Part shown: positions 49,036-60,106 of the stretch, piece after piece
Layout of the letters: every line of letters begins with the position of its first letter
How positions within the stretch are numbered: position 1 is the first letter of the stretch
DNA from: Prevotella sp.
Lineage (GTDB): Bacteria; Bacteroidota; Bacteroidia; Bacteroidales; Dysgonomonadaceae
DNA length: 64,000 nt
NCBI GenBank assembly: GCA_031285625.1
Contig: JAITVV010000071.1
Coordinates: 1-64,000 of the forward strand
Direction: 5' to 3'
Notes under the pieces: model-generated
The model's database searches: none
What the model saw: only the letters and a program-made list of their open reading frames with translations
Told to the model about the DNA's origin: nothing
Translations under genes and position numbers: made by a program

Positions 49036-50838
49036 CTATTTAGCAGCTAGCTGAATAAGCTTCAAACGAGCTTCGAGCAGCTTTTCAGGTTCTCTGACAA
49101 ATTGAGTTCCACTGCTAACTATTTCAGCACAAATAGTCTGTGTCTGAGCTAAATTCTTTTTTGCGGCCAATGCCAGTATTTCATAATCTTCGAAACTATC
49201 ACGTACAGAGGTAGATCGCGGCCCTTCATAAACAGAATGATTTTCTTTGTCCGGATATACCAACCAGCCATCCCCAGCTGCTCCTTCGCAGTACATGTCT
49301 GCAAATGGTTGGTTTGGATTTTTAGCCTGGCCGTATAGATTCCATGCCCAATGTAGATACCCTGTTATTTTTCGCTGCCACAGATACCAACCTATCACAC
49401 GCGAACTTAGTAAAGGATAATCGGCAATACGTGTCATAAAATCGTCCATCTGCGGATTGACGCATGTGTAAGTCCAGAGCTCCTGATTGGGTCTTTCTCC
49501 AATGGCATCGTAGCCCGAACGGTCTTCTTCATAATAATTTATTTGTGGACAGAAAATACTCAGGTCATCAGCAAACCAATCTTTTTGCCTGCTGCCTGCA
49601 TCTACAGTCCTCACCATAGGCATTTCCCGCAATATCCGGTTGTACATTTCGTTAATGGCTACATGTTGTACTGTTACCATCGGTTCATCTTGTACATGTT
49701 GTATCCACATTTTTTCCCAACCTTTTGCTTTCAGGTGATTATACAGCAGGGGTATAAATTGGTCAAAGTATGATTGTGCTTCAGGTGAATCAACGGCAAC
49801 CCGCGCAAACTTTGCTTTCCCATTTTCTCCCTTGTGTATAATTTTTGCAACCAGTGAGGTATTATAAGGATCTTCAGAACCATTCCAGTTCATCTCATAC
49901 CAATGCTCACCTTCCAGATTCTTTATAGAACCATTATCTATGAAAGCCTGGATATATCGATCGAAGCTTTTGAATGTAAAGTTCATTTTACCATCCGAAT
50001 TGAAGGTAGCATCAGATAAAAGCAAACCTAATGGTACCATAATGGTATTTTGTCGCTCTTTCTTCATCACCTTTGCAAAGTTGGACATAAGAGTAAAGAA
50101 ATTATTATCCAATTGATTAACTGACCAGCAAACATTATAAGTTTCATTTACTTCGCCTGACCACCAGTGAAAAGGAGTAATCCAGTTAGTATAAGAGAAT
50201 TGAGAATCCTTAGGATCTGGTAATACAACATCATGTACAGTTATTGTAATGGGAATCTTTCCCAATTCATTTTCTCCAGATGACAGAACTGCAGTAGTGT
50301 TATATGTCCCAGCTGGAGTTGAAGATGTACTTGTGGCCTCAATAGCGATACCATAACTTCTGTTTTGATCCACATTTCCGATTGCATTTATAGTATAATA
50401 TTCAGGAAAATAAGCTGGTGAATCTCTCCGTTTATAGGTAGATTTTATACCGGCATGCTCTCCTGTAAAACCATACGATGATTTTGAATTAAGGACAAGA
50501 CTGATTGGCATTGCTTTAATCTTTGGCGCATCAGATTCAGCGAAAGGTTCAATCTCAATCTTTACATCACTTAATTTTTCAGGAGAACGTAAAGCTATTT
50601 GCATAGACTCACTTTCGTTTCTCACCATTTCTATTTGCAACTGTTTTGCTGATTGTTCAGAAGGTTTTAGGTCATGAAAAATATCAATAAGTGAATTTTC
50701 GACCCATAAATCAACATTTTCCACTTCACCTGATCCGTTTCCATTACTATTTCCAGCGTCATTTTCCTTATCACTACAGTTGATGAATGATAAAATCGTA
50801 AAAAGAATTAAAAATCCCATTTTGTTCATGTTATCCAT
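49036..50838 (-). CDS. DUF4091/GH123-like glycoside hydrolase lipoprotein
   Basis: Lipobox FINC; QDEP catalytic-type motif, WTYTC, GYLHWAWN, GDGWLVYP, RDSFEDYE. Confidence 0.75.
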   Translation of the reverse strand: MDNMNKMGFLILFTILSFINCSDKENDAGNSNGNGSGEVENVDLWVENSLIDIFHDLKPSEQSAKQLQIEMVRNESESMQIALRSPEKLSDVKIEIEPFAESDAPKIKAMPISLVLNSKSSYGFTGEHAGIKSTYKRRDSPAYFPEYYTINAIGNVDQNRSYGIAIEATSTSSTPAGTYNTTAVLSSGENELGKIPITITVHDVVLPDPKDSQFSYTNWITPFHWWSGEVNETYNVCWSVNQLDNNFFTLMSNFAKVMKKERQNTIMVPLGLLLSDATFNSDGKMNFTFKSFDRYIQAFIDNGSIKNLEGEHWYEMNWNGSEDPYNTSLVAKIIHKGENGKAKFARVAVDSPEAQSYFDQFIPLLYNHLKAKGWEKMWIQHVQDEPMVTVQHVAINEMYNRILREMPMVRTVDAGSRQKDWFADDLSIFCPQINYYEEDRSGYDAIGERPNQELWTYTCVNPQMDDFMTRIADYPLLSSRVIGWYLWQRKITGYLHWAWNLYGQAKNPNQPFADMYCEGAAGDGWLVYPDKENHSVYEGPRSTSVRDSFEDYEILALAAKKNLAQTQTICAEIVSSGTQFVREPEKLLEARLKLIQLAAK

Positions 50839-51244
50839 TATAAAAATATTTAAGAGGTTAGTATCCAGAATTCATATAGAATAGCAGTCCTGCCATTCTT
50901 GCCAGGATAAAATGTTTATATGCCAGATAAAGCATATCTGATTTTCATCAGTTCCGTTCCTACAATTGAGTATTACTTGATATTGAGTCTAGGGCATTTA
51001 CAAGCTATCAATAATCATAGAATCTTCCTCCAAATTCATTATAAATAATGAACCTAGAATAGTAGGTGGGGTTTTAACAATAGAGGTTAAAGGTAATAGA
51101 TTGACAGTCAGTCCTGTCATGCGTTTTTCTGTATTTTCTCAAATAATCTTGTTACGAATCTACATATTTTTTTTCAATCTACCAATATATCTGCCTCTTT
51201 TTCAATTGATATGACAGATAATGCAACAAGTTTCGCAATTATTC

Positions 51245-52891
51245 CTATCTGTTTTTCTGAATAACACCTATTTTCATAACCATATTTTCAAACTCATCAC
51301 GAGAAACAGCAGCTTTGTTTCGTGCCTTAGTACGGTAATTATATATTGTGCTTAAGGAATACCTCAAAAATCCTGCAATTTTCACACTATCGGTGATCCC
51401 CAGACGTATAAGGGCAAAAATACGCAATTCGGTATTTAATAGTTCTCCTTGTTTGGGTAAGACTTGTTCTTCGCTTATTAGTAGAGAATTAAAGTCTTCA
51501 ACAAAAGTAGGATAAAGACTCAAGAAGATATTATCGAATTTTTTATAAAGTTCTTCCAGCTCATTATCTACCATTGTAGTCGATTTCAACATTTTGAAGA
51601 GTTCATCTAATTGGTTGTTTGCAGCTTTCTTATTCAGTGCCTTTCTGTAATCTTCCAGCTTAGTAATATAAGCAGAGCATAAATCAAAGAAGTGGGCAAT
51701 ATATTCTTCCTTAATATGATTTGATTCAGATAACTCTGAGTTTACTTTATATAATTGGTTGTTTGTATTGCTTATTCCTTCATTTAAGTCTGTCAGCTTT
51801 ACATTTGTACGATAGAGTTCTTTCCGAATTTTAGAAACTCTCTTCATTTGCTTATATACATAGATAACTGCAACAATAAGAAACAGGGATAATATACTGA
51901 TTAGTATAAGATACAATTTCAATTCGCTTTTTTGTTTAGCTTCTTTTGCCTGATAAGTTGTATTAATAATTGAATAGAATTCTGATATTTCAATTGTTCT
52001 GAACCGCACATTACAAAAAACAGCATCTTCGATAGCTGATTTTGTAAATCTATAAGCTTGATCGATATCTCCGCTTTCATAATAAGTCAAAGCAAGACTT
52101 TGCATCGATGCATTATCTTTTATCGCATTTTTAATATCAGTAATTGCCGAAAGAGCATAATATTTTTTCTGCGATATAGAATCATGCTTATTTTTATACA
52201 CATTTCCTAAAAGGTAAGTAACCAATGCATAATCCGGATCATCTTGGGGTATCTTATTTAGTAAGGTTAAAAGGCGATTTCCTGCAATCTCCAGCTGTCC
52301 TTGATAGAGTATCTTTTCAGCATAGGTAATCTGGTACTTAATAGAATTGGGATCTAATGTGGTTAATAAAGAATCCCGGTAAGCCTCGTTTAACTGAAAA
52401 TATGTATGACGATTGTTACTTTGAGCATAATGTCCGTAAAACTGGCTATAAGTTTCAAAATATAATGGAAGGAGTTCTTTTGATAAAGATTTTCTATCAA
52501 TCTGATTTAATATTTCCTTTGATTCAATATACATTCCGGTGGCAGAATAGAGTAAACATAGGTTGAGATTTGTTTCATCTCTAAGATTTATATCACCTAT
52601 ATCTTTAGCTATTTTTTTATTCTTTTCCATATAATAGATTGCTGAATCTATTATATATTTCCTGTATTCTTTGGCTAATTTTGAATTGATTTCGTATTCT
52701 TGATTTTTGGGTAAGTTTTGAGTGTGCAGGAGTTGTTGCAGACTGTTTATCTTCTGCTCCTTTTTTTCCACATAGAATTCTTTATTATTTATTTCCTTAT
52801 TCAACCAGACAAATAATGTATCCTGATCGTCCTTCCCGAAAGAAAGCAAAGGCATAAAGCATATAAGTAAGGCAAGTGTGATTCTTTTCAT
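51245..52891 (-). CDS. SusR-like (DUF6377) membrane-spanning transcriptional regulator
   Basis: Periplasmic TPR-like region, single TM, C-terminal ELRIFALIRLGITDS..IA.FL.YS..TIYNYR. Confidence 0.85.
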   Translation of the reverse strand: MKRITLALLICFMPLLSFGKDDQDTLFVWLNKEINNKEFYVEKKEQKINSLQQLLHTQNLPKNQEYEINSKLAKEYRKYIIDSAIYYMEKNKKIAKDIGDINLRDETNLNLCLLYSATGMYIESKEILNQIDRKSLSKELLPLYFETYSQFYGHYAQSNNRHTYFQLNEAYRDSLLTTLDPNSIKYQITYAEKILYQGQLEIAGNRLLTLLNKIPQDDPDYALVTYLLGNVYKNKHDSISQKKYYALSAITDIKNAIKDNASMQSLALTYYESGDIDQAYRFTKSAIEDAVFCNVRFRTIEISEFYSIINTTYQAKEAKQKSELKLYLILISILSLFLIVAVIYVYKQMKRVSKIRKELYRTNVKLTDLNEGISNTNNQLYKVNSELSESNHIKEEYIAHFFDLCSAYITKLEDYRKALNKKAANNQLDELFKMLKSTTMVDNELEELYKKFDNIFLSLYPTFVEDFNSLLISEEQVLPKQGELLNTELRIFALIRLGITDSVKIAGFLRYSLSTIYNYRTKARNKAAVSRDEFENMVMKIGVIQKNR

Positions 52892-53147
52892 ATAAAACCG
52901 GGTATGATAGCCTCAAAGTTAATGAAAAAATAGTTTCCTCATTCCAAATTTATTAAGTACTATCCGGAGTGGAGTGCAGGTGAGGAAATTTCTGCACTAA
53001 TCTGAAGGCAGGCGAATATATTGCATAGCATATAAAAGATATAATATAGCAGAAAATCAGTATCTTTATATACGAAATATTAAACACTATGATGACTTTT
53101 AATAACTCTTTATTTCCATTAACCTGAATTCAACCATAAATCCTAAT

Positions 53148-54938
53148 ATGCATACTTCGATTAAGAAAGACCTCGAAAAAGCAGCTGTTTTCTTCAAAAG
53201 GAAGAAATATGATGTAGTAATCAGTTATTGCGACAATATTTTAAGACTTGATAAAGATAATGAAGAAGCAACAAAACTAAAACTCGATTCATTAGTCGGA
53301 ATAGTCAGGTATTATTTGAAGAAAAAGGATTATGCTACTGCAATGCATTTTTCATATGTCGGTTTAGAAATTGATAAGTTATATCCTCCATTAGTACATG
53401 CTTTTCTCGATTGTTGCTTTAGGGGAGGTTTTGCCATTGGTTCCGACTATAAAAAAGAAATCCTTGACACTGAATTTAATTATATACCACTAATTGAGTA
53501 TAAAGCTGCGCTTCTTGATATATCTGAAGGTACAGTAGAAGCATTAAAATATTTAGAAAACGAAACTGCTAAAAATCCGGATATTTCCAATTTATATTTT
53601 GTAAAAGGATTCAGCTTATTCAAACAAAATAAATTTGAAGAAGCTATGATTGAATTTGACAAATCTATAGAATTAGCTGACGAAGAAATATTTAGACTGC
53701 ACCTTTATAAAGCTTTATCTTTAGCCAATATAGGGAAACATGAAGAGGCAGCAGAGATTATGAGAAATATTAAAACGAATATAACCGATATAATTGATCA
53801 AACCTTCTTTATCGAGCATTATAAACAAAGACTACCTGTTATTTATGAATTAATATACGGAGATGAACAATCTGAATTTAATCGTATAGTAACACAACAT
53901 GGAATTAAGAGGGATCTTAATAATCCGGAATATAAATATTATGCAAAGTATTTCGTAAAGAAGCATATTTATTCGACTAATAAAAAACATCTGAAAGACA
54001 AATTAATATTTCTATTACTGAAATTCAAGTTATTCAGGAATAGCATCCATAATTTTTTCTTGAAAAAAGAGAAACAAAACAAATTTACGATTAAAGCCTT
54101 TTGTCCGAATATAAAAAAACATCAACGTAAAATATTTAAGGTTGCTATGGCATTTATATTCTCTCTATTGCTTTACTGTTTCTTAGTTCTTTATCTGATA
54201 ATAACATTCTTTGTATTACAAGAGGTTTTGAGTAGATTCCTGCCGTCCTACACCAGAGGAGGAAATATTGATTTATTGGTATTATATCTTTCGGTAACAG
54301 TATTTACCATTATAATCAGCTCAAGATCGATACTTCCTGCAATCAAAGATGGTTTTAATGAAGGGTACATTAAAAAATATTTAAAGAAATCCAAAACGAA
54401 TAAGATTCAACAAAAAAGTATCAGATATTACATGAACCTTCTGCCGAGTAACATATTAAGGTTTTATACAAATCATTATAAGGTCGCTCATTTTTACAAT
54501 AAAATTCCAAAAAATCCAGTTATCGCCGGAAAAATAGAAAAGTACAGAATAAGTAGAATCAGAAGAAACACTAATTTTTTCAGATACTTAAAATACTTAT
54601 TTTATAAGCTAAGTCTTAAACTGACTATTATAAAACAAAAGGATTTTTCTTTTGAAAAGGCCCAAAAGTTCACTGTATATTTTATCTATTTTACTTATTT
54701 CTCTTTGATTTTAATAACATATATATTTAAGTACGGACAATTCGAATTTATCCACAGGTATTTTGAAACTAAGGGAATCGATATTGCATTCGTAGATGAT
54801 GCGATAAATACTATAATATTTTCCCTGATTACTTTTATGGCATTTGAAAATATCCGCTCAACCCGAAATGATTTAGATACCAGCCGGAAACCTGCAGCGG
54901 TTTATCCGGATGGAACAGATGCTATAACAAAAAAGTAG
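53148..54938 (+). CDS. TPR-repeat membrane protein
   Basis: N-terminal TPR-like helices, about four C-terminal TM segments; AT-rich. Confidence 0.6.
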   Translation: MHTSIKKDLEKAAVFFKRKKYDVVISYCDNILRLDKDNEEATKLKLDSLVGIVRYYLKKKDYATAMHFSYVGLEIDKLYPPLVHAFLDCCFRGGFAIGSDYKKEILDTEFNYIPLIEYKAALLDISEGTVEALKYLENETAKNPDISNLYFVKGFSLFKQNKFEEAMIEFDKSIELADEEIFRLHLYKALSLANIGKHEEAAEIMRNIKTNITDIIDQTFFIEHYKQRLPVIYELIYGDEQSEFNRIVTQHGIKRDLNNPEYKYYAKYFVKKHIYSTNKKHLKDKLIFLLLKFKLFRNSIHNFFLKKEKQNKFTIKAFCPNIKKHQRKIFKVAMAFIFSLLLYCFLVLYLIITFFVLQEVLSRFLPSYTRGGNIDLLVLYLSVTVFTIIISSRSILPAIKDGFNEGYIKKYLKKSKTNKIQQKSIRYYMNLLPSNILRFYTNHYKVAHFYNKIPKNPVIAGKIEKYRISRIRRNTNFFRYLKYLFYKLSLKLTIIKQKDFSFEKAQKFTVYFIYFTYFSLILITYIFKYGQFEFIHRYFETKGIDIAFVDDAINTIIFSLITFMAFENIRSTRNDLDTSRKPAAVYPDGTDAITKK

Positions 54939-54961
54939 AACTTGCCCGAAAAGAATGTAAC

Positions 54962-54995
54962 AAAAAAGGTCACCAAATTGGTGGCCTTTCCTTTT
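54962..54995. terminator. Terminator downstream of tRNA-Lys
   Basis: AAAAAAGGTCACCA-AAT-TGGTGGCCTTT. Confidence 0.7.
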
Positions 54996-55000
54996 CCTAG

Positions 55001-55073
55001 TGATCCCGCTGGGGCTCGAACCCAGGACCCCATCATTAAAAGTGATGTGCTCTACCTGCTGAGCTACGGAATC
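55001..55073 (-). tRNA. tRNA-Lys(UUU)
   Basis: Reverse complement GATTCCGTAGCTCAGCAGGTAGAGCACATCA-CTTTTAA-TGATGGGGTCCTGGGTTCGAGCCCCAGCGGGATCA; cloverleaf, anticodon TTT, no encoded CCA. Confidence 0.96.
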
Positions 55074-55248
55074 TCCTTATTGCTTTATTAAAGCGAGTGC
55101 AAAGGTAGTTGAAAATATTTATTTACCAAATAATTGGCTGTGAAATTTATCCAGAATGATTTTTTTTTCTGTTTCTATTTTAATTTTGTATATTTATTAT
55201 TTTGTATATTAATCAATTACACAACATTGGAGGTAATGAAAAAAATAT

Positions 55249-56667
55249 TCAATACTGAATGTTTCTAAAAAGGGTTCTTGCTTCTCGTGCTTTATTCAAA
55301 TATGTGATTAAAACATTTCTATCAAATAATTCCGGATTCTGGGGTACATAGATAAGCTGAAATAAAGACATTAACTCTTTATCAGTAAACTGGTCTAATA
55401 TATCATTAAATTGATCTTTATCATCTATTTCGAAATAGAGCAAAGCCAAGCGTTCTTTTATTGCCAGATTATTTGGATCGAGCTCCAAAAGCTTTTCTGT
55501 ATAATAGGCAGCTTTTTCATAATTTTCTTCTTTTATATTTATAATAGCCAACCTATCTATTAAATGAAAATTATCGTCATTTTGTAAGTAAATATTTAGA
55601 TAGTGGACCTTAGCCTCCTCATAATGTCCTTGCTTAAATGCAATTTCTCCGGCGATCATATTCAAATCCAAAAAATCCGGATACTTAACCAAGCCGTCCT
55701 GCACTATGTCGTACGCAGCATTATAATCTCCTTTTTGAATGTATATGTATGCCCGCTTTGATAGCAGCTCTGCAGTTTCAATATACGCAGCCTCATATTT
55801 AGACAAACATTGAAGAGCCTCATCGTACATTTCCAATGATTGGTAACATTCTGCGAGCAAGAAATAAATTGATATATCCTCCGGATCGGACAGAAGGAGT
55901 TCATTGAAAATTTCAATAGCTTCCTCTACACGCTCAGCCAAAGACATACAGTGTGCTCTTAATTTTAACACGTTACTATCCGAATCATTAATGGTAAGCG
56001 CGAAATCAAAGGCATCTATTGCTTTCTCAAATTCTTCATTAAGAGAAAAAAGCTTACCTAAATTAACCCATGCCTCATATGTGTACGGTTCTACGTCTAG
56101 TATTTTGTTAGTAGTGGTAATCGCAAAGTCAAAGTTACCCAGCATTTCATATGCGTACGCCAAATCTGATAATACATCTATATTTTCAGGATTGTATTTC
56201 AGACTTTCCTGAAAGTAGATAACAGCTTCTTTGAAGTAATCAGCCTCTACATACAGAAAACCTAGTTCCATAAATATATTTTCAGGATCTTCGTCTTCTT
56301 CCTTGTTAAGCAGCTCTTTTGTTAATTCATATGCTTTTGAGTAGTTATCTAATTGAAGATAACATTCTATCTTAAGAAGAAATAAATCGAAATCATATTC
56401 CAATGATAATTTCTCTAATATCCTTAAGGCAAAAGAGTATTCTCCGTCATAAACAGCAAATTTAGCCTTTTTAATCACCAACGAGTTATTCCCCGGATGG
56501 ATGGATAATCCGGTGTCAACTATTTCTCTGGCAATATCTATCTCATCTTGTGAATCATAATATTCAGCAAGATCTCCAAATTCATCCGCATCAAAATAGA
56601 TATTCTTACCAGACTCCACCGCCTGCTCATATCTTTTTATTAGCTCTAATATATCTTTTTCCGCCAT
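55249..56667 (-). CDS. Tetratricopeptide repeat protein
   Basis: IYFDADEF..LAEYY N-terminus; many TPRs (EAWVNLG, AIDAFDFAL). Confidence 0.85.
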   Translation of the reverse strand: MAEKDILELIKRYEQAVESGKNIYFDADEFGDLAEYYDSQDEIDIAREIVDTGLSIHPGNNSLVIKKAKFAVYDGEYSFALRILEKLSLEYDFDLFLLKIECYLQLDNYSKAYELTKELLNKEEDEDPENIFMELGFLYVEADYFKEAVIYFQESLKYNPENIDVLSDLAYAYEMLGNFDFAITTTNKILDVEPYTYEAWVNLGKLFSLNEEFEKAIDAFDFALTINDSDSNVLKLRAHCMSLAERVEEAIEIFNELLLSDPEDISIYFLLAECYQSLEMYDEALQCLSKYEAAYIETAELLSKRAYIYIQKGDYNAAYDIVQDGLVKYPDFLDLNMIAGEIAFKQGHYEEAKVHYLNIYLQNDDNFHLIDRLAIINIKEENYEKAAYYTEKLLELDPNNLAIKERLALLYFEIDDKDQFNDILDQFTDKELMSLFQLIYVPQNPELFDRNVLITYLNKAREARTLFRNIQY

Positions 56668-56766
56668 CTTATCTATTTCATAAAGGGCTACAAAGGTAAT
56701 ACTTTTTTAAGGTGTTTTACTTTGGTTTTATGAATCTATTCGTCTCAAAAGTAGATATCAAACAAA

Positions 56767-56798
56767 TAAAAGGCTACCCATTGATGGGTAGCCTTTTA
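56767..56798 (-). terminator. Intrinsic terminator
   Basis: TAAAAGGCTACCCAT-TG-ATGGGTAGCCTTTTA. Confidence 0.8.
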
Positions 56799-56815
56799 AA
56801 TAATAGACCGGGATA

Positions 56816-57292
56816 CTATTTTGTTATTTTGCTGAAAGTGTCTATTAACATTGCTTTAGTAATTTCTTTTTCATCGATTTCCAGTTGCTTGGCAATTGCT
56901 GCTTTGACATCTGTCGAACTACTAATCACTTTTTCTTTATAAAGAAGTGTTTCCGAATCTTTATCTGTAGTAAGAGTTAGCTTGTCATCTTTAAGTTTAT
57001 AAGTTCCTTCTGTTTCAACGCTTGATTTTTTAGCTTGGAATGTTCCATCTAACTTAAAAACATAAGTATTGTTGACATTATCTGTCATTTCCTCTATTGC
57101 CTTAACTACCTCATCCTTAATGTCAGGATTTGTAACTTCTACCTCAGCCGCCGTTTTTGAGTGTTTCCATGTGCCCAAAAGTTCAACATTTCCATTTCCG
57201 CCTTTATCATCATCGTCATCACTACAAGATGTAACACCAAGGCCTAAAATAAAGGCGCACAGAGATAATCCTAGAATTTTTCTAAGTTTCAT
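56816..57292 (-). CDS. Lipocalin-like lipoprotein
   Basis: Lipobox VTSC plus DDDDD; LLGTW; F..DGTF; GTYKL. Confidence 0.7.
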   Translation of the reverse strand: MKLRKILGLSLCAFILGLGVTSCSDDDDDKGGNGNVELLGTWKHSKTAAEVEVTNPDIKDEVVKAIEEMTDNVNNTYVFKLDGTFQAKKSSVETEGTYKLKDDKLTLTTDKDSETLLYKEKVISSSTDVKAAIAKQLEIDEKEITKAMLIDTFSKITK

Positions 57293-57468
57293 AATTAATT
57301 TTTCTTTTTTAATTAACTAACAAATGTTTTTACAGTGATATCACTTTATAAAGAAACTTTCGATCGGTTTCTAAGAGTAAGATGTAAAGACTCGTTATTA
57401 TGTTGCATCAACAAATCTTTATAAAATATAAAAAAAATGGAGGTGCTTTATATCAAGAAGTTAGACAC

Positions 57469-58068
57469 CTATTGAGAGCTATCTTTTTTTCTCATCAGTT
57501 CGTCCCTTAATAAAGAAGCAAGTTCATAATCTTCGCCATCAATAGCATCTTTTAGCAAAGTTTCAAGCTCATCTTTATTAAGCAGAGAATAGTCGAGGGC
57601 GAGATTGTCTTTTTCATCTTCATGCAAATTTTCCGGAGTTACATTTTCATCAAATACAACAGCCTGACTTTGCATGATAAATTCTGAAGTAAAAATAGGA
57701 GCCTTGGTTCTCAAAGCTATAGCTATGGCATCAGATGTTCGAGATTCTATCTCTACAGTCTTATTAGCTTGACGAAAAACCATTCTGGAAAAGAAAACTC
57801 CATTCTCGTATTTGTAAATATTTATTTCGAGCAATGATATCGACAATTGAGACAGCAGTGACTGGAATAGATCATGAGTCAATGGCCTTGGAGGGATAGA
57901 GCCCTGAAGTTTAAAGGCAATAGACTGCGCTTCCGGTGTACCAACTATGATCATAAGACGGCGTAATCCATCCTCCTCAGCCAAGACTAAACCATACGTG
58001 CCCGACTGAGTTTGATTGAATGAGAATCCTAAAACCGATAGTCTTATCTTATCTTCCATACATGTCAA
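57469..58068 (-). CDS. Bifunctional nuclease (DNase-RNase/DUF151) with UVR motif
   Basis: EAQSIA, PRPLTHDL, SRTSDAIAIA; C-terminal EDYELASLLRDE. Confidence 0.88.
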   Translation of the reverse strand: MTCMEDKIRLSVLGFSFNQTQSGTYGLVLAEEDGLRRLMIIVGTPEAQSIAFKLQGSIPPRPLTHDLFQSLLSQLSISLLEINIYKYENGVFFSRMVFRQANKTVEIESRTSDAIAIALRTKAPIFTSEFIMQSQAVVFDENVTPENLHEDEKDNLALDYSLLNKDELETLLKDAIDGEDYELASLLRDELMRKKDSSQ

Positions 58069-58240
58069 AAGTAGATATTTATTTTTTATATTTATAAGAA
58101 CAGCTCTTGTTTTAAAACATTTTATCTTAACTTAAGATTGCTAAATTTTATTTTTTTCTTGTTTTTTCTGCGTAAATATTAAAAATTGTTTTATTTTGCA
58201 ATAGATTTTAATTAGTGAAAGAAAATCGCGATACAAACAA

Positions 58241-60106
58241 GTGCAAAATACAAATTTACACATTGACAAAAGGAGAACCTTCTTGTTCTTTTTTCTAATA
58301 TTTTTTACAATTACTATTTCTGCTGGCGGTGGGGATAGTATATATGTTAAGCAGTATAATAAAGTAAGATATTATCATTCTGATTCCATCTTTCAAAAAT
58401 ATGCTCAATCCGGATTTTTGTCTGTAATAGATGAAATGTACGATTATTATGAAGACATTGTCGAATACCTGCCAACTGACAGACAATTTCAGGAAGTAGC
58501 CAAAATAAGACAAATAGCCAAACAATATAACTCAACCGAACTGGACACTGAGGCTGACTTTATGCATGCTTATGTTTTGCCCGTAAAATCCGATAAAGAT
58601 ATTGCCTATAAAGTTTCCCGGATGGAGTCGGTTGTCAATAATGCTGTCAGGCAAGGTAACGTGATAATAAAGTTGAGGGCGATGGAAGCTATATTCGAAA
58701 TCCATTGGAAACATTCTCAATATGCCAAAGCTTTTAGCCAAGCCTATCTGATAGATAATGAACTGCAAAATGTAAGTGAATCCGAATATCCGGGAAAAGG
58801 AAATGCATACTTCCATATAGGTCAAGCCTTTAGTTTTTTCCATGATTATGACAAGGCAATGCCTTATTTACGTAAGGCCTTAAATCCTCCCAAATATTAC
58901 TTTGACAGGTCAGACCTTTTAGCTAGAAATGCTATTGGTGAATATTACAATTCAGTAGGATTAATAGATTCAGCAGAATATTACTTCCGTTCAGCATACT
59001 TCAGCTCACACAATGTTAAAGCAAAACCCATTCTGGATGCTATTTCCCTCAGTAATATCGGTCAATCATTGTTGAATAAGAAGGATTATAACAATGCTAT
59101 TTCATATCTCCGCGCAGGCTTGAACCGTATTTTGATGGATAATGATTATGAATTTGCTTCGGATGTCACATTAGGACTAGCTAAATGTTATTTGGCGAAG
59201 AATGATTTCAAGAAAGCCAAGAGTTTAATAGATTCCACAAGAATGTTCATCGACAGAAGTGATCATGTAGATTTATATCAATCTTTATATCCTTTGATGT
59301 GTGATTATTATTCAAAAACAGCTAATACTCAGCTTTCTGCTGCATATTTTGATTCTACCCTGATGATCACCAAACTATACGCAGATAAATATAATAGTTT
59401 GCATATCTTAAAGGCCGAACAAGATCTGTATGAATCGAAAGCAAAGGCAAAAGACGAAGAGATACGACTGAAAGAAGAGAATTTTAAGTCTAAAATATTT
59501 TATGGCGTTGCAATTCTCCTGATTATAACCATAGGTTTGCTTTTTCTTATTGTGTTATACCATAAAAACAGGATAGCATACAGAGCTCTTGTCTTAAAAA
59601 ATCAGGATTGGGCACGAGATACATCTTATGATACATACGAAGCTCCGGAGGTAATTGAACCTGAACCTGCTGCGGTTGACACAGTGGAAGATACTGTAGA
59701 AATAGTAGAAGAGGAGAAAGAAGATGAGCCAACTAAAGAGGATATTGCTTTGATGAAACAAGTACATGAGTTGGTTACAAAAGATAAAATATATAAGGAT
59801 ATGGAGTTAACACTTGATGCTTTAGCCAAAAGAATGAGTGTTAACCGAAATTATTTATCCAAGGCAATAAACAAAACGACAAATAAAAACTTCAACACAT
59901 ATATAAATGAATATAGAGTGAAAGAAGCTATAAAAATCTTATCCTCCAAGAAGGCCGACCTAATGTCAATTGATGCTATCGCTTTTGATGCCGGATTTAA
60001 TAACAGAACCTCCTTCTATCAATCTTTCAAAAAAATAACAGGGCTATCACCTTCTGATTTCAGGGATAATAAACCCGCCGAAAAAGAGTCTGTAAAATTT
60101 AGATAG
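58241..60106 (+). CDS. Membrane-anchored TPR plus AraC-family regulator
   Basis: Signal peptide, TPR-like region, TM helix, C-terminal AraC HTH (NFNTYINEYRV, AGFNNRTSFYQSFKKITGLSP). Confidence 0.88.
   Translation: MQNTNLHIDKRRTFLFFFLIFFTITISAGGGDSIYVKQYNKVRYYHSDSIFQKYAQSGFLSVIDEMYDYYEDIVEYLPTDRQFQEVAKIRQIAKQYNSTELDTEADFMHAYVLPVKSDKDIAYKVSRMESVVNNAVRQGNVIIKLRAMEAIFEIHWKHSQYAKAFSQAYLIDNELQNVSESEYPGKGNAYFHIGQAFSFFHDYDKAMPYLRKALNPPKYYFDRSDLLARNAIGEYYNSVGLIDSAEYYFRSAYFSSHNVKAKPILDAISLSNIGQSLLNKKDYNNAISYLRAGLNRILMDNDYEFASDVTLGLAKCYLAKNDFKKAKSLIDSTRMFIDRSDHVDLYQSLYPLMCDYYSKTANTQLSAAYFDSTLMITKLYADKYNSLHILKAEQDLYESKAKAKDEEIRLKEENFKSKIFYGVAILLIITIGLLFLIVLYHKNRIAYRALVLKNQDWARDTSYDTYEAPEVIEPEPAAVDTVEDTVEIVEEEKEDEPTKEDIALMKQVHELVTKDKIYKDMELTLDALAKRMSVNRNYLSKAINKTTNKNFNTYINEYRVKEAIKILSSKKADLMSIDAIAFDAGFNNRTSFYQSFKKITGLSPSDFRDNKPAEKESVKFR

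Noticed and set aside
50855-51010. susD 3' remnant (ends ...MNSGY*)
   Set aside because: Upstream residues do not resemble SusD C-termini; a four-residue likeness is insufficient.
52960-53030. GC-richer hairpin (AGTGCAG...CTGCACT) as riboswitch or tRNA remnant
   Set aside because: Only a 7-bp stem; no recognisable aptamer or cloverleaf features.
55001-55073. tRNA-Lys as att site of an intact island
   Set aside because: No duplicate of the tRNA 3' end and no integrase found nearby.
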